This document shows positions 1-11,589 of a stretch of DNA of 64,000 bases, one piece after another. The position numbers were made by a program, and so were the translations under genes. This stretch comes from Naegleria gruberi. Lineage: Eukaryota. Where the stretch lies: assembly GCA_000004985.1 (NCBI GenBank), contig GG738863.1. One strand, written 5' to 3'. How positions within the stretch are numbered: position 1 is the first letter of the stretch; each line of letters opens with the position of its first letter. Under the pieces are notes generated by a model. The model was given only the letters and a program-made list of their open reading frames with translations, ran no database searches and was not told the origin of the DNA.

Positions 1-29
1 TGAAGAAGTTTAGAAAAATCAATAAGAGC

Positions 30-1787
30 TTGCACATCAATTTACCTATGGATCCAACATTTGTAAATGAATATTTTACAAAACACTCTCTCCTTATTAA
101 TAGAATTTTGGATCAGATGCATGTTGAGGATGCAGAAGAGAGAGAATTGTACACTACCTTTTGTTGGTTGAGTATTTTTAATTGGCAAATTTTGAATAAT
201 GCTGACCTTCCAACACTCTCCTGTAGACATTGCCAAATGACTCACTATTTGAAAGTTAAGAATAATTGCCTGACGAGTACAGAAAGTCTTCATCCACACT
301 CAATGCACAGATGGTGGTGCCCATGTGTTCATATAAATAAGCTCGTAGTCGATTATGAACAAATTGTAGAAAAGGAAGACCAAAGTTACATCAAATCACT
401 AACCAAACGTCAATTGAATGAAGAAGCAGGATGGAAACAAATGCTCGATTCGATTTCTACAGGTCTGTCATCAGAGAGTGAACTGACTCATATTCATAAG
501 GACTCTCTTGAAAATGAATTCAACGCTGCAACACTTGTGAAAAATATTCTTGCCAATTCAATCTCATCAGTTTTTGAAACTGAAAAGAAAAGAAAGGATC
601 ATTTGAAAAGTGTATACGATAAGGTTTATTACAAAAACGAACAAGTTACCAATGAATCATCCACAGTGGAAAATATCATACTTATTGAAAATAATCAAAT
701 TGTTAGTGAAAAGCCAGCTAGTGAAATTACAATTATTCATGATTTGCCACTCTTATCAAATAGCAATGGTGTTAGTATTACCCCTAAAGAAACCAATCAA
801 ACACTACTAATGGATACTTCTGATGATGACATTGAAATTGACAATTCTGAAATAATTATTGAAACTAGTGAGAAAATTCAACCAGCCCACTCGCCACCTA
901 AACATATTCTTCATCAGACAACTTTGGATAATTATTTTCATCCAAGTGAAACTTTACAACCCAATGATAATAATCAACCAACAGAGGAGGAGCTAGTCAC
1001 AGAGGCAGAGCAACCAATTAACGTGCCTTCCACTGATGCTGCAGAGAAACCTATTACTACAGAAATGGGAGATGATAACTTGATGATAGATACAGAAATT
1101 ATTCCAAATATTGACACTACTACTATCACAAGAAATGATTCACCTCCTGAGGAGAAGGTACTCTCTAACATTACACCTCCAACACCAGAAGTGGAATCAA
1201 CAACAGCAGATTTGAGTACACCACTATCAGCATCAGGTCTTTCAGAGTTTGAAGAAAAAACACCAAAAAAGATGGATTCAACCAATATTCATACATCTTC
1301 AAAGACTCCATTCGAATCGAGTATTACATCACCATTGTCTAGTACGAGTGATATTGTTTCTCCCTCTGTTTTTAAGGGTACAACACCTAGCTCAGAGTCC
1401 AAACAAGAGGCCAAATCTGAAACCAAGCCAAAACCACAACAACCAAAACCTCAAACACCTTCCAAATCCAATTCAGATGAAAAGCCTAAATCCAAGAATG
1501 TGGCACCTTCTCCATCAACAAACAAATCATCCTCCAAAGAAGAAACACAATCTACTCACAAACCATACAAATCCAGAGAGTCATCTTCAACACAAAACAG
1601 AAAGCCCTCTCAACCAAGAAAACCAAGAGAAGCTAGTAGCAGTAACAGTAACAGTACTGAGTCATCATCTTCCAAAAAACCTGCACAAACTAATGATAGA
1701 AGTACTCGTTCAAGCGAACAAAACAAGAGAAAGAAACCAAGTGGATATCAAACCTCAAATCCCAAGACAAAGAACAACAAACGTTGA
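30..1787 (+). CDS. hypothetical protein: N-terminal Cys/His/Trp-containing region followed by a long Ser/Thr/Pro/Lys-rich low-complexity tail (likely nuclear). The frame is open to the window edge, so the 5' end may be partial
   Basis: 1.76-kb ORF. The track start at 30 is TTG and the first in-frame ATG is at 48. No catalytic motif recognised. Basic/S-rich C-terminal half (KPKPQQPKPQTPSK...). Confidence 0.4.
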   Translation: MHINLPMDPTFVNEYFTKHSLLINRILDQMHVEDAEERELYTTFCWLSIFNWQILNNADLPTLSCRHCQMTHYLKVKNNCLTSTESLHPHSMHRWWCPCVHINKLVVDYEQIVEKEDQSYIKSLTKRQLNEEAGWKQMLDSISTGLSSESELTHIHKDSLENEFNAATLVKNILANSISSVFETEKKRKDHLKSVYDKVYYKNEQVTNESSTVENIILIENNQIVSEKPASEITIIHDLPLLSNSNGVSITPKETNQTLLMDTSDDDIEIDNSEIIIETSEKIQPAHSPPKHILHQTTLDNYFHPSETLQPNDNNQPTEEELVTEAEQPINVPSTDAAEKPITTEMGDDNLMIDTEIIPNIDTTTITRNDSPPEEKVLSNITPPTPEVESTTADLSTPLSASGLSEFEEKTPKKMDSTNIHTSSKTPFESSITSPLSSTSDIVSPSVFKGTTPSSESKQEAKSETKPKPQQPKPQTPSKSNSDEKPKSKNVAPSPSTNKSSSKEETQSTHKPYKSRESSSTQNRKPSQPRKPREASSSNSNSTESSSSKKPAQTNDRSTRSSEQNKRKKPSGYQTSNPKTKNNKR

Positions 1788-2500
1788 ATGTCTTGAACAA
1801 AGTATTCCACTAATTCATTGTTATCATTTGTAATTGGGAACAAAAAAGTATTAGCGGAAGCATGGATTTTGATACAAAAGGCGCATTAATGAAAAGAATC
1901 GAGTTTTAATACAAAAAACGACAATATTATTTAACGCAAACATTAATAAATTTGCCTTTTATGAAGAAATGGTGAAGCGGAGTTGACAGATTCTTCAGTG
2001 CAATGTCCATATTTTCAATCTATTTGTCCAGATGATATTTTTGAAATATTTTCCCTCGCAACACGATCTATTATCCGAAATTCGAAAACAAACAGAAAAA
2101 ATTATCATCAAGCGCCATTTGATATTCAAACAACCAATTTTACAATAGTATTGGTAGTATTGGAAATTCTTCATTACCGTTCGCTACACTTTTTAAACTG
2201 CCTTTCTTTATTACTGTACAAAACATTCATATTAGAAAGAATTAAAAAAAACGTCGTTATTTGTTAAATCGCCCGCAGCGAGTTCTTCCGAAAACCAAAT
2301 TTACGTTTTTATTATCTTCATCATTGTACGCCGCTGTTGTGCATAAGAATATTATTCTCATCAAACTATTATTGAAAAACAACAGCAACTTTGAAACGCT
2401 CTCTAATATTACACCAACATCATCATTACACTATCATTTATTAATATTTATTGTGAAATTATTGAAATACTATAACTACTACACCTTCAACAATTACAGA

Positions 2501-4438
2501 ATGAATCTACCAACAAATACTGCTTCTCCTATGGAAGTTAGTAACGGAAAGGCCCTCGATCTTTTATTTGGTCCTAATACCAATCATTATCAAAAGCAAA
2601 ATGTCTTACCATCAGTTCATCAATTTGAAAACTTTAGAAGTCCACCTCCACCACCTTATCACTTTCATACTCATGCTTCTTCATCATCTCAACAAGGAAC
2701 TCATCAATTGGGTTGGAAAGGTGGAAGTGGCCAAGCATGTGGTCATATGATGAAAGCTCCGAAGAGTAATAATGGGGAGAGTGCGACCACAACAGATGTC
2801 TTGACTGGATTGTACAAGACTTCTGATGCTATCTTGTACAACCATCAATACCATGACAATAATCAATACGTTGCTACTAATTACACTTCCATGGTTATGG
2901 GTACATCAAACACTACTTTTGATCAAAAACCAAATTGTACCACTACATCTCCATTTATCAATTATTCTGGTGCTGCAACTTGTGCTTCCTCATGGAATGT
3001 ATACCATTCAGCAAATAATGCGGAACAACACACTTTGCCTCCTTCTACTATCATTAACAATCACTTTGCTCATTCCTCCGTTTTCAAACAAGATCATTAT
3101 CAAGAGCAATATAATACCAATAAGCAACCAGTTATTGATAGAGTAGTAGCAGCGCCAATGTATTGTCATGACTCTGTTGTGGTCGCACGCCCTCAAAACG
3201 TTAGCGTCTCCAATGCTTTTGCATTGCCACAAACCAACAATAATATCCATATGAATCAATACCATTATCAGCTTACTAATTTTGCTGATGCTGCCCAACA
3301 ACAACAACCAACCCTTGATGTTTGTTATCATGATGAGAGTACCAACCTTGATAATTGCAAATGCCATTTGCGTATTATTCGTCCAACTCACATGCTTGCA
3401 AATATTGATGATCAACAACACAGCTATCCACTTGAACCTCACTCTAAAAAGATGAAACTTGCTGATTCTGTTGTTGAAACTCACTCATCCTCTTCAAGCA
3501 ATGCTAGTAACAGCGTTAGTGAAAGCACTGCTTCTAGAAAGAATTCCTTAGATGGTGTTAAACAAAATATTACTTCTAGTGAAACCACCAGCCCAGTAGC
3601 AGCTATTGCTCGTAAACCTATTGTTTCCAAGAAGAGTAATACTAAGAAACCAAAATCTGATGATAACTCTCAAACCAAGAAGAAGGTCACAACCACCAAG
3701 AAGACCTCTCCATCTCCAAAAGCTCCTGTAAAGTTCAATGTTGATTTGTCCAAGGAAAATTTGCAAGATACCGCTACTATTCCAATTCGTATCTTGGCCT
3801 ACAATCTTGGACTCACTAAGGATATTCAAAAGTCCTGGAGATATAGAGATATCAGAAGAGCTCTCTTTGAAAGAATGATTGATGAACATATCGAATTTGT
3901 TGATAATCAATTAGAACATTCTTTATTGAGAGAGAGACTTCCACACAAGTTGACTTATAGCAACTTTTGTAAGAGAGTAATGCTCCTTGTATTCCACTTT
4001 GTGGTCAGAGATGGTAAGGAACCAAAGTTCTTCAGAAGACCACTCGTTCAAAGAGATTACATTGAAAAGTTACTCAAGGATAATGATCCACACTTTTATT
4101 CACTTGTTGAAACTTGTCATGCTCATCAACTCCACAATCTCATGAATAGAGATGGCAAGACTTTCCAAGAAGCCATTACAATTGTCTTTAAGGATTTGAT
4201 CGATCCTACCAGTTTGCAAAGTTTGCATGGATCTTCCAATGCTGAAGCTTGTAGAAAGATTAGAAAGCCAAGATCTCAAAAGAAGTCATGCAGTGATGAT
4301 GAAGATGACGATGAAGTCAGTGAAGATGAAGACTTGGAAGATAAGCCATCTGCCAGATCAAGACGTAGAGCTAGTACTGACTTGAAACGTAAACTCAAAC
4401 CTGTCAGTGAAGATTCTGATGATGACGATGACTACTAA
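2501..4438 (+). CDS. Q/N/H-rich protein with a conserved ~200-aa C-terminal domain and an acidic Ser/Asp/Glu (CK2-site-like) tail; function unknown
   Basis: The track ORF 2261..4438 starts at TTG; the first in-frame ATG is 2501 (MNLPTNTASPMEV). A long poly-polar N-terminus is followed by a globular C-terminal region (LAYNLGLTKDIQKSWRYRDIRRALFERMIDEH...) and an SDDEDDDE...SEDSDDDDDY tail. Confidence 0.45.
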   Translation: MNLPTNTASPMEVSNGKALDLLFGPNTNHYQKQNVLPSVHQFENFRSPPPPPYHFHTHASSSSQQGTHQLGWKGGSGQACGHMMKAPKSNNGESATTTDVLTGLYKTSDAILYNHQYHDNNQYVATNYTSMVMGTSNTTFDQKPNCTTTSPFINYSGAATCASSWNVYHSANNAEQHTLPPSTIINNHFAHSSVFKQDHYQEQYNTNKQPVIDRVVAAPMYCHDSVVVARPQNVSVSNAFALPQTNNNIHMNQYHYQLTNFADAAQQQQPTLDVCYHDESTNLDNCKCHLRIIRPTHMLANIDDQQHSYPLEPHSKKMKLADSVVETHSSSSSNASNSVSESTASRKNSLDGVKQNITSSETTSPVAAIARKPIVSKKSNTKKPKSDDNSQTKKKVTTTKKTSPSPKAPVKFNVDLSKENLQDTATIPIRILAYNLGLTKDIQKSWRYRDIRRALFERMIDEHIEFVDNQLEHSLLRERLPHKLTYSNFCKRVMLLVFHFVVRDGKEPKFFRRPLVQRDYIEKLLKDNDPHFYSLVETCHAHQLHNLMNRDGKTFQEAITIVFKDLIDPTSLQSLHGSSNAEACRKIRKPRSQKKSCSDDEDDDEVSEDEDLEDKPSARSRRRASTDLKRKLKPVSEDSDDDDDY

Positions 4439-4628
4439 GATTACAACAACTATTGTATACTTGAATAGTACTATTATATATTGATAAATATTAAACTGAT
4501 ATTTTATTTATTATTTATTACCATTAAACCTCTTTTGTAAAGACGACTCGTCAGTGAACCGTTTAGAATAGAAACTAGTTGAGGAAATAAACTGTCACCC
4601 ATCACAATCCAGATCAAACATAAAAAAA

Positions 4629-4979
4629 ATGCAATCACAACGTAGTCTATCAACATCCAGTGCCGACCTTGTCACTGAAACATTCTTTGGCCAATTATCA
4701 GAGGAAAAACAACAAGTTATCAAGGAATTATTCGAAAGAATTGACAAGAACCACAACGGAGTTTTAGAAAAGGAAGAACTCAGAGGAATTCTCGAAGTTA
4801 TGATAAAACAAGATCCAAATTTAATTGAAAATTTGGGACTAAAGAATAACACACAATGTAATACAGATGAAGATATTTTGAATGCAATCTTTGATCAATT
4901 AGATTTGAACGGAGATGAAGTTTTGAGTTTTAGAGAATTTGCTGAACCATTTGCAAGAATGTTGACCAATCAAATGTAA
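4629..4979 (+). CDS. small EF-hand calcium-binding protein (two canonical EF-hand loops)
   Basis: ATG in AAAAAAAATG context. Loops DKNHNGVLEKEEL and DLNGDEVLSFREF match the 12-residue EF-hand consensus. 116 aa. Confidence 0.7.
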   Translation: MQSQRSLSTSSADLVTETFFGQLSEEKQQVIKELFERIDKNHNGVLEKEELRGILEVMIKQDPNLIENLGLKNNTQCNTDEDILNAIFDQLDLNGDEVLSFREFAEPFARMLTNQM

Positions 4980-5255
4980 ATAAATTAATTGAATATTTTT
5001 TTAAAAAAACAGTAAATATTTACAAGAAGCCTTATCTATTGTGAAAAATCTTTTCATCTCCATTTAGTAGTCCAAACGCACAATTGAGATTCCAATGTCA
5101 AACCTTAAACAACCCAAATTCATACTTTCATTGCAAAGATTAGAAAAATTTGTGCGACGTAGAAAGTTTCGATTTTCACAAATTAATGACGTGATGGTTA
5201 TGATTGTTTGCTAAGAGAGCAGACTCGCTCAGTCCATCCACTCATAAAAAAATAG

Positions 5256-6323
5256 ATGAACAACAAGATAGTTTCGGTTACTTTATTGTTCTTTCTAATA
5301 ATTGCATGTACTATAGAGTTGTCAAGCTCAGAACCAGCCCAATACACAATCAACAAATTGATTGGTCCCATTGCGGGGGATGGTAAGCCAAAAGAACAAG
5401 TTGGTTTCTACACCATTTACACCTTTACAATTGCACCTTTAAATGGTCAAATGATTGTAAACGAAAATGGAGCTGTAAAACAATTTTCACTTGATTCTGG
5501 CGCGCAAGGTTTAGTTTCTGTTATTCCTGGACTCAAAATATATTCTTCTTCTTCTTCAGTTAATGGTCAATCAACAGTGGTTTCGAATAGTGATGGAAGT
5601 GAATTGTATTACCTTGAAGAAAATTTGATAAAGAGATGGAAAAGCGGTGTGGTCAGTGTTATTGCTGGAAATGGTGTTATAGAAAATATTTACTATTTGA
5701 ACGAAACAGTTGCCACTCAAACTTTCTTAAATTCTCCAACGAGTTTAGTTTATCAAGACGATTGTTTATACATTGCTGGATATGGTATTGCCAAGTTGAA
5801 TTTAACCACTGGAATGATCAGTACTACATTTAGAATTGGTTTTATTACAGACATGTCCATTTCCACATTTGATGGATACATGTACTATTTACAAAATGAT
5901 CAATTGAAGAGATGTTCATTTTCTTCTGGTTGTTTAAATCAAGAGAATGTAATATCCAATTTGTTTATGAACACTTTTACTCTATCTTCAAATAGAAATG
6001 AATTATTCTATTTCTTTGGTAATCAAATTTACAGATTTAACATTACAACCAGAATTTCCACATCCATTTATCAAATTTCCTCATCAAATACTTATAAATT
6101 GGCTTACAGAAATGATATGATCTACTTTGCAGAAGGTTTTAAAATCAAGAAGAAATCAGTGGTGGATGGTTCACTTAGTGTTGAAGCTGGAAATGGATAT
6201 TATGGATATGTGGCTGAGAATGTGCCATCTCTACAAGCTGGTACTGCTGGTTATACTGTTTCAAGTATTGCATTGAGAAATGGAGAATTGTATTATGCTG
6301 ATATGAATATCATAAAAAGATGA
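5256..6323 (+). CDS. secreted NHL-type beta-propeller repeat protein, N-terminal part (signal peptide); probably the 5' portion of the gene that continues after the scaffold gap
   Basis: ATG 5256 followed by a hydrophobic signal peptide (VSVTLLFFLIIACTIELSSS). Repeated ...ELYY.../...IYF... blade-like motifs. A TGA stop at 6321-6323 sits directly against the 50-N gap. Confidence 0.5.
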   Translation: MNNKIVSVTLLFFLIIACTIELSSSEPAQYTINKLIGPIAGDGKPKEQVGFYTIYTFTIAPLNGQMIVNENGAVKQFSLDSGAQGLVSVIPGLKIYSSSSSVNGQSTVVSNSDGSELYYLEENLIKRWKSGVVSVIAGNGVIENIYYLNETVATQTFLNSPTSLVYQDDCLYIAGYGIAKLNLTTGMISTTFRIGFITDMSISTFDGYMYYLQNDQLKRCSFSSGCLNQENVISNLFMNTFTLSSNRNELFYFFGNQIYRFNITTRISTSIYQISSSNTYKLAYRNDMIYFAEGFKIKKKSVVDGSLSVEAGNGYYGYVAENVPSLQAGTAGYTVSSIALRNGELYYADMNIIKR

Positions 6324-6324
6324 A

Positions 6325-6374
6325 NNNNNNNNNNNNNNNNNNNNNNNNNNNNNNNNNNNNNNNNNNNNNNNNNN
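6325..6374. other. assembly gap (50 N)
   Basis: Run of N; interrupts the NHL/GPS gene. Confidence 0.99.
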
Positions 6375-8992
6375 ATATTTTCAGTGGTTCGAATGTGAAA
6401 GGAGATTCAATTGCATTACAAACTGAAATTAGTCCTGGATCAATTTCATTCTCTAAAAATGGAGAATTACATTTTGTTGATTATTCAAATATTGTTAGAA
6501 AACTTTCAGATAATGGAAATTTGTCATATGTTGGAGGAAATCCCTCTTCATTTGTTAGTAGTGATGGTACCGATGCATCAAAAGCTATCATTTCACCTTC
6601 TAAAGTTATTGAAATAGGTAATGAACTGATTATTTTAGAGTATCAAAAAATTAGAAAGGTTTCGTCTGAAGGAACAATCTCCACAATTATTGGTGGAGGT
6701 ATCTATCCATTTGTTGAAGGTGCATTGGCTACAAATACCTCCTTTACATCACTTCAGGATGTTGCAGTCAGTCCAATTGACAATTCTATTTATTTTATTG
6801 ACGCTAATTTCAATGCTATTCGAAAGTTGACTTCTACTGGAACAGTAATTACTTTATTCAGTACTTCTACGTATATTAACGCAATTGGAATAGATCAGAC
6901 TGGAATTATTTATTATAGTACTTCCAATTCGATTGGAAAATTGAATCCAGAAACTTTACAACAACAATTACTTTATTACAATACTGAAACATCCAGTTAT
7001 TTTTCAGTTTCTAATAGTGGTAATATTTATTATTTCGTAAATTGTAAAATTGTAATGATTGGAAATGGAACACTAAATGCACTTGCTGGAACAGGCACAT
7101 GCTTAACAGGATCATTATTTGATGGAATGAATGCAACACAAGATATTCCAAATGTGTATTCAGTTCATTATTCGAATCATGATAATCAATTATACTTTTC
7201 AACTGTGAATGGTATTTGGAAGATTGTTGATGGATTCATTCACAAGGTTGTCCAATCAATTCCAATGGCCAATGTAACTTCAACTGACTCTTCTAAATTT
7301 TTAAGTTTGCCAAGTTCATTGCTAGTTAAATCTAATGGAGATATTTTATTCATTGATGGAACAATTATTAGAAAGTACGATGTGCAACAAGATAGAATTG
7401 ACAATCTCTATATTGGAGATGGATCTATTGGTCCATTTTCGAATACATTTTCTTATTATTATTTCACAACATTCTGTGAAAATGAATTGGTCATTGTAAC
7501 TTCCAAAGGAATCAGACGAATTAATAGTGAAACATCAATAATGACACCTGTAACCTTTCCCTACCAATTTACGACTGTTAGGTCGTTTATTTCATGTTTG
7601 AATAATAATTTGTATTTCCTTGCTACTAATTTACAATCAATCAAGAAAGTTTCACTTTTAGATGGAAGTATTGATCATATTGCAGGTATTGCAGGTTCTT
7701 CTAGTCCATCACCTGATGGCAGTATTGCCAAATATTCAAAAATAGTTTCACTCATTAATTCAAGAGCGTTCGTTCTTCCAAACCAGGAAGTATTATATTT
7801 TGAAGGTCTAAAATTGAGAAAGATTGGTTTGGATGGAAAATGGCAAACCATTGCAGGAAATGGAAATTCTGGAACAACCCCAGATTTTTCTGAAAATGCA
7901 AAGAATGTACCTTTGACTATAGCTTTTTCATATGCTTATTCAGAGTTGAGTGGAACAATTTATTTAAGTTCAAATGGAATTTATTCACTGACACCTTATT
8001 GTAGAGATGGATACCAATTTGAAAACTCATTCAAAACATCATGTATTCCAATACCAGTTATTACTTGTTTTGGTAAGCTGGCCAATGATTCAAGTGTTTG
8101 TTCATCACGTGGTACTTGTACTGGAATGGATAACTGTCAATGCTCAAATTTGTACATTTCCTCTGATTGTTCTGTTTCATTGTGTCAAACTGAAAATGGA
8201 AAGCAAAATACAATTCTTTGTCCACCTGCACCAATTCCTTCACAAACTGGAACTACAAATCAACAAGTCGCATTGAACGTGACAGAGAGCAGAACTGAAA
8301 TTGTGAAAGACTTGACAAGTATTGACTCTAAGAATATCACATTTACATCTTCAAGTTCAGTTCAAATCACATTACCTTCAACCATTTCATCTTATGTTTC
8401 GAATCAAATTTCAACTAATGAAACAATTCAAATCATTTCAGCTATTTCAGAAAAGACTCAAATCAAACCTCAATCAAGTAACACCAATACTGGAAGTGAT
8501 GATGAAAAGTCAACAATTTCAACAGTTGAAGTTGTAAGCAAAGTTGTGAGTTTACTTTTATTGAAACAAGATGGTGAAAAGATTCAAGTGACAAATCTCA
8601 TCAATCCAATCACATTCACATTTTCCAATTTGATAATTCAATCATTTGAAAAATCAAATTTGACCTGCTCATACCTTGATGAAACATCAAAGGAATGGAA
8701 ATCTGATGGATTGAATACTTTCTTTATTGACATTCAATCTATTGGAAATGAGAAACAATTATCTATTAATTGTCAAACAAATCACTTGACTTCATTTGCA
8801 GTTATTGACATGAATTTAAAGAAAGGAAGTGTAAAAACAGACACTCTTCCTACAACACAAGATAACACTGTCGTGATTGCAGCAGTTGTTTCATCCGTTG
8901 TTGGTGTACTCATCTTGGTGGGTGTCATTTCCATTATTATTATTGCTTCTGTCTGTTTAATTAGGAGAAGAAAGCTCAATAGTAAGGAATAA
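6375..8992 (+). CDS. NHL-repeat / Cys-rich EGF-like / GPS-motif single-pass membrane protein (continuation after gap; 5' end lies in gap)
   Basis: The frame is open from the gap. More propeller-type repeats (YFID, YYAD-like) are followed by a Cys-rich module (CSSRGTCTGMDNCQCSNLYISSDCSVSLC). A GPS-type motif (CSYLDETSKEWKSDGLNTFFID...INCQTNHLTSFAVI) lies just before a single TM helix (VVIAAVVSSVVGVLILVGVISIIIIASV) and a basic stop-transfer (RRRK). Confidence 0.6.
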
Positions 8993-9091
8993 ACATTCAA
9001 TTTCAAAAAACTAAACTCTGGTAAATGATCTATTCACCAACCCTTAATACTTCCAATTTCGTTTCTAATTTCACGAAACTTTACAAAAAAA

Positions 9092-10036
9092 ATGCAACAT
9101 TCAAATAGAGGATGGACACTCGCCAATTTGCCACCCGAAATTCATCACAACATTTTTAATTTCTTGGATTATGTGCGTGATATTTGCTGTGATGAATATT
9201 TATTTGTTCCACTAATTGAAATGCCATCAACATTGGACGAATTTGAACGAAATGGTTATTGCAATGTTGATGAATTTGTTGATTTTGAACATCCGAACAG
9301 AGTACCATTCTTTCTTGCTTGTCAATCTTTGACAAATTCTGTGAAAACCTTCAGGCCAACTATTGTCAATTTGACCTTTACAACATCGAGGTATATTAAG
9401 AGATATTCCTTGGATGAATCGTACAAAAATTTGTTAAATCGTTTTTGGTTTAATCAACAGTGTGAGAATAGACTTACCTATGATGAATGGCCGAATATAG
9501 TGCAAGAACTAATTCGAAAGATGAAACGATTCTGTAAGGGAAATCCTTGGTCCAGAGTTGAGTTTATTTCAATTTCTGCCATTGTAGGAAAAAACTATTC
9601 TAACACTGGAGTTGTCTTTTTTAATTGGAACGACATTGTGTTCAATTTCTTCCCAACTGTTAAATATATGTTATTCGACTTTCCATCAATTAGAATCTTT
9701 AACTTGAACGAGTACAAAAACTCTGGCACTATTATATTTTCATATCCAGAAGATTATTACATTACAACTTTGAAACATGTTGATAATATTTATTATTCAT
9801 GTAAGAAGGATATTGTTCAAACTGAATCACAACTTCACGAATTAGCACATGCATTTCCAAGTCATTATCCGAGGAATGTTGAACTGTTCCTCTTTAACTC
9901 TATACTTTCTTATTCAGTTCAAGAATCGAATTATTTAATTGATAACTTTGAGTTGAATATTAATTTATTTTCTTATATTTGGAATGTTCGAGGATATAAT
10001 GCTGTTGTTAATAAGACATATACATTGAGAATTTAA
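9092..10036 (+). CDS. F-box-like protein (N-terminal LPPEIHHNIFNFL motif), function unknown
   Basis: ATG in AAAAAAAATG context. N-terminal F-box-like consensus LPxEIxxxIFxFLD. 314 aa, no other domain recognised. Confidence 0.5.
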   Translation: MQHSNRGWTLANLPPEIHHNIFNFLDYVRDICCDEYLFVPLIEMPSTLDEFERNGYCNVDEFVDFEHPNRVPFFLACQSLTNSVKTFRPTIVNLTFTTSRYIKRYSLDESYKNLLNRFWFNQQCENRLTYDEWPNIVQELIRKMKRFCKGNPWSRVEFISISAIVGKNYSNTGVVFFNWNDIVFNFFPTVKYMLFDFPSIRIFNLNEYKNSGTIIFSYPEDYYITTLKHVDNIYYSCKKDIVQTESQLHELAHAFPSHYPRNVELFLFNSILSYSVQESNYLIDNFELNINLFSYIWNVRGYNAVVNKTYTLRI

Positions 10037-10044
10037 AACAAATA

Positions 10045-11589
10045 TTGGATACACTAGAAAGAGTTTACAACAAGTATCCATCCTTTAAAGTATTTAGAAT
10101 TCATATAGGATCTGTGGAATGTTTGAAACTTATTCTGAGCTATCCATTTGTAGACATTAATGTAGGCAAAAATATTACTAAAAAATTTCTAGAATCCATC
10201 AATCAAACTGATATTGAAAATTTATCAAAAGATTACAATATTGATTTTTGTAAACTTGGAGAGTACAAATTCACTGCAGCTTGTTTTAGCGCATGTCATG
10301 CATTACAAATCGATAGCAACACTTGTGATATTTATGGTGTTAGTCCAGCCATGTTAATTTGCGAAAAAATTCAAAAGGAAAATCTTAAGGGAAGAGACAA
10401 ATTTGGAAATAACATTCTCCACTATTTGTTCTCTGTTAAAGGTAAAAACCTTGAGTTATTGAGCAATATTCCAGAAGAAGATATTAAATTAATGAGACAG
10501 GAGCCAAACATTTACGATATCACACCAAATGAAATTGCAATTGTAAATGGTTACAATATACAAGGAACTTTTACAAAGAAATTCAGTTATGAAGGATTAG
10601 TTAAAACTATTGGAAATTCTTGGAACCTATTTCCCATTGATGGATTAATTGTTAATGATAGAATTTTATATGCATGTATGAATAATCTGAAAAACACCTC
10701 AAGCTCTGAATTTTCTGAATATTTGGATATTAATTTTAGAGATGTGAATGGAAAGCATTTGGTACATTATTCCCCATATTGTTTTACTGAAACATTTACA
10801 AAGAATTTGAATTTATCATTGAAGGATATTTTATTTTGCAAAGATGGCAATCAAACAATGCCTTTTCAAACTTCTAGATCTTTCACAATTGACATTTTAG
10901 CAAAGATTGAGGAATTGCCAAAATTTAATTACATTTCGCATACTGATGACTTGGGAATGTTCAGATATTTATATAGATTTGCATTCGATTCATTTCACTC
11001 CCTTATACTGATGAAAGAAACCAATTTTATAGGTTTTGATTATTCTTCAGGTCAACCAGAGCTTGTTTCATTATGCACTCATCGTTCAGATGGTATTTAT
11101 TACTTTTCAATTGAAAAAAGTCCATTGAAACAATTGAGAAATGTACATTTCTTTGGAACTGTGGATGGTGATGATATTTCACATTATGTTGTGAGATATT
11201 ATTTACACTTTATAAGAAACCACCCACATCATTATGTAATGAAGGGAAAACCCATCCTCCAAGCACTAATAGCAAGAGGATTAAGAATGGATTTTGTTAA
11301 AAACTCAAAGGGACAAACAGCTTTTGATTTAATTAATGAATTAGCATGTAATACTCCTGTAATGCTTGCAAATTCTAAATATTTGAAGAAAGATGTTAAG
11401 AGAGGTCTAGGAAACAATTCGAAAGCACTTGCAAAGTTTATTATTGAACACAAAGGTCCAAAAGAGTTGATTGTGGAAGAAAGTGAAACAACGCTAGCTC
11501 TAAAATGTGAAAAGGTAGCTCACTTTAGTATCAAAATGAAACGAAAGCTTTATTTTGAATACAAGCCAAAACCGACTGAAAAGATTTGA
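10045..11589 (+). CDS. hypothetical protein, start uncertain (track start is TTG; first in-frame ATG at 10351)
   Basis: 1.5-kb ORF immediately after the previous gene's stop. No in-frame phase-compatible splice donor was found in the upstream gene. May be an independent gene starting at 10351 or have an unrecognised 5' exon. Confidence 0.35.
   Translation: MDTLERVYNKYPSFKVFRIHIGSVECLKLILSYPFVDINVGKNITKKFLESINQTDIENLSKDYNIDFCKLGEYKFTAACFSACHALQIDSNTCDIYGVSPAMLICEKIQKENLKGRDKFGNNILHYLFSVKGKNLELLSNIPEEDIKLMRQEPNIYDITPNEIAIVNGYNIQGTFTKKFSYEGLVKTIGNSWNLFPIDGLIVNDRILYACMNNLKNTSSSEFSEYLDINFRDVNGKHLVHYSPYCFTETFTKNLNLSLKDILFCKDGNQTMPFQTSRSFTIDILAKIEELPKFNYISHTDDLGMFRYLYRFAFDSFHSLILMKETNFIGFDYSSGQPELVSLCTHRSDGIYYFSIEKSPLKQLRNVHFFGTVDGDDISHYVVRYYLHFIRNHPHHYVMKGKPILQALIARGLRMDFVKNSKGQTAFDLINELACNTPVMLANSKYLKKDVKRGLGNNSKALAKFIIEHKGPKELIVEESETTLALKCEKVAHFSIKMKRKLYFEYKPKPTEKI

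Noticed and set aside
974-1285. Many 60-160-aa antisense or overlapping ORFs across the window (e.g. 974..1285-, 3008..3484-, 17659..17991-, 41781..42251+, 38217..38414-)
   Set aside because: They lie inside longer, motif-bearing ORFs on the opposite strand or another frame. They are rich in codons produced by low-complexity runs and lack ATG starts in A-rich context. Treated as frame artefacts.
2261-2500. Track ORF starts at TTG/GTG codons (e.g. 2261, 10045, 12402, 18066, 22352, 37386, 43976, 51663, 58284, 61244)
   Set aside because: The ORF finder evidently allowed bacterial alternative starts. For a eukaryote only ATG was accepted, and starts were moved to the first in-frame ATG or flagged as unresolved.
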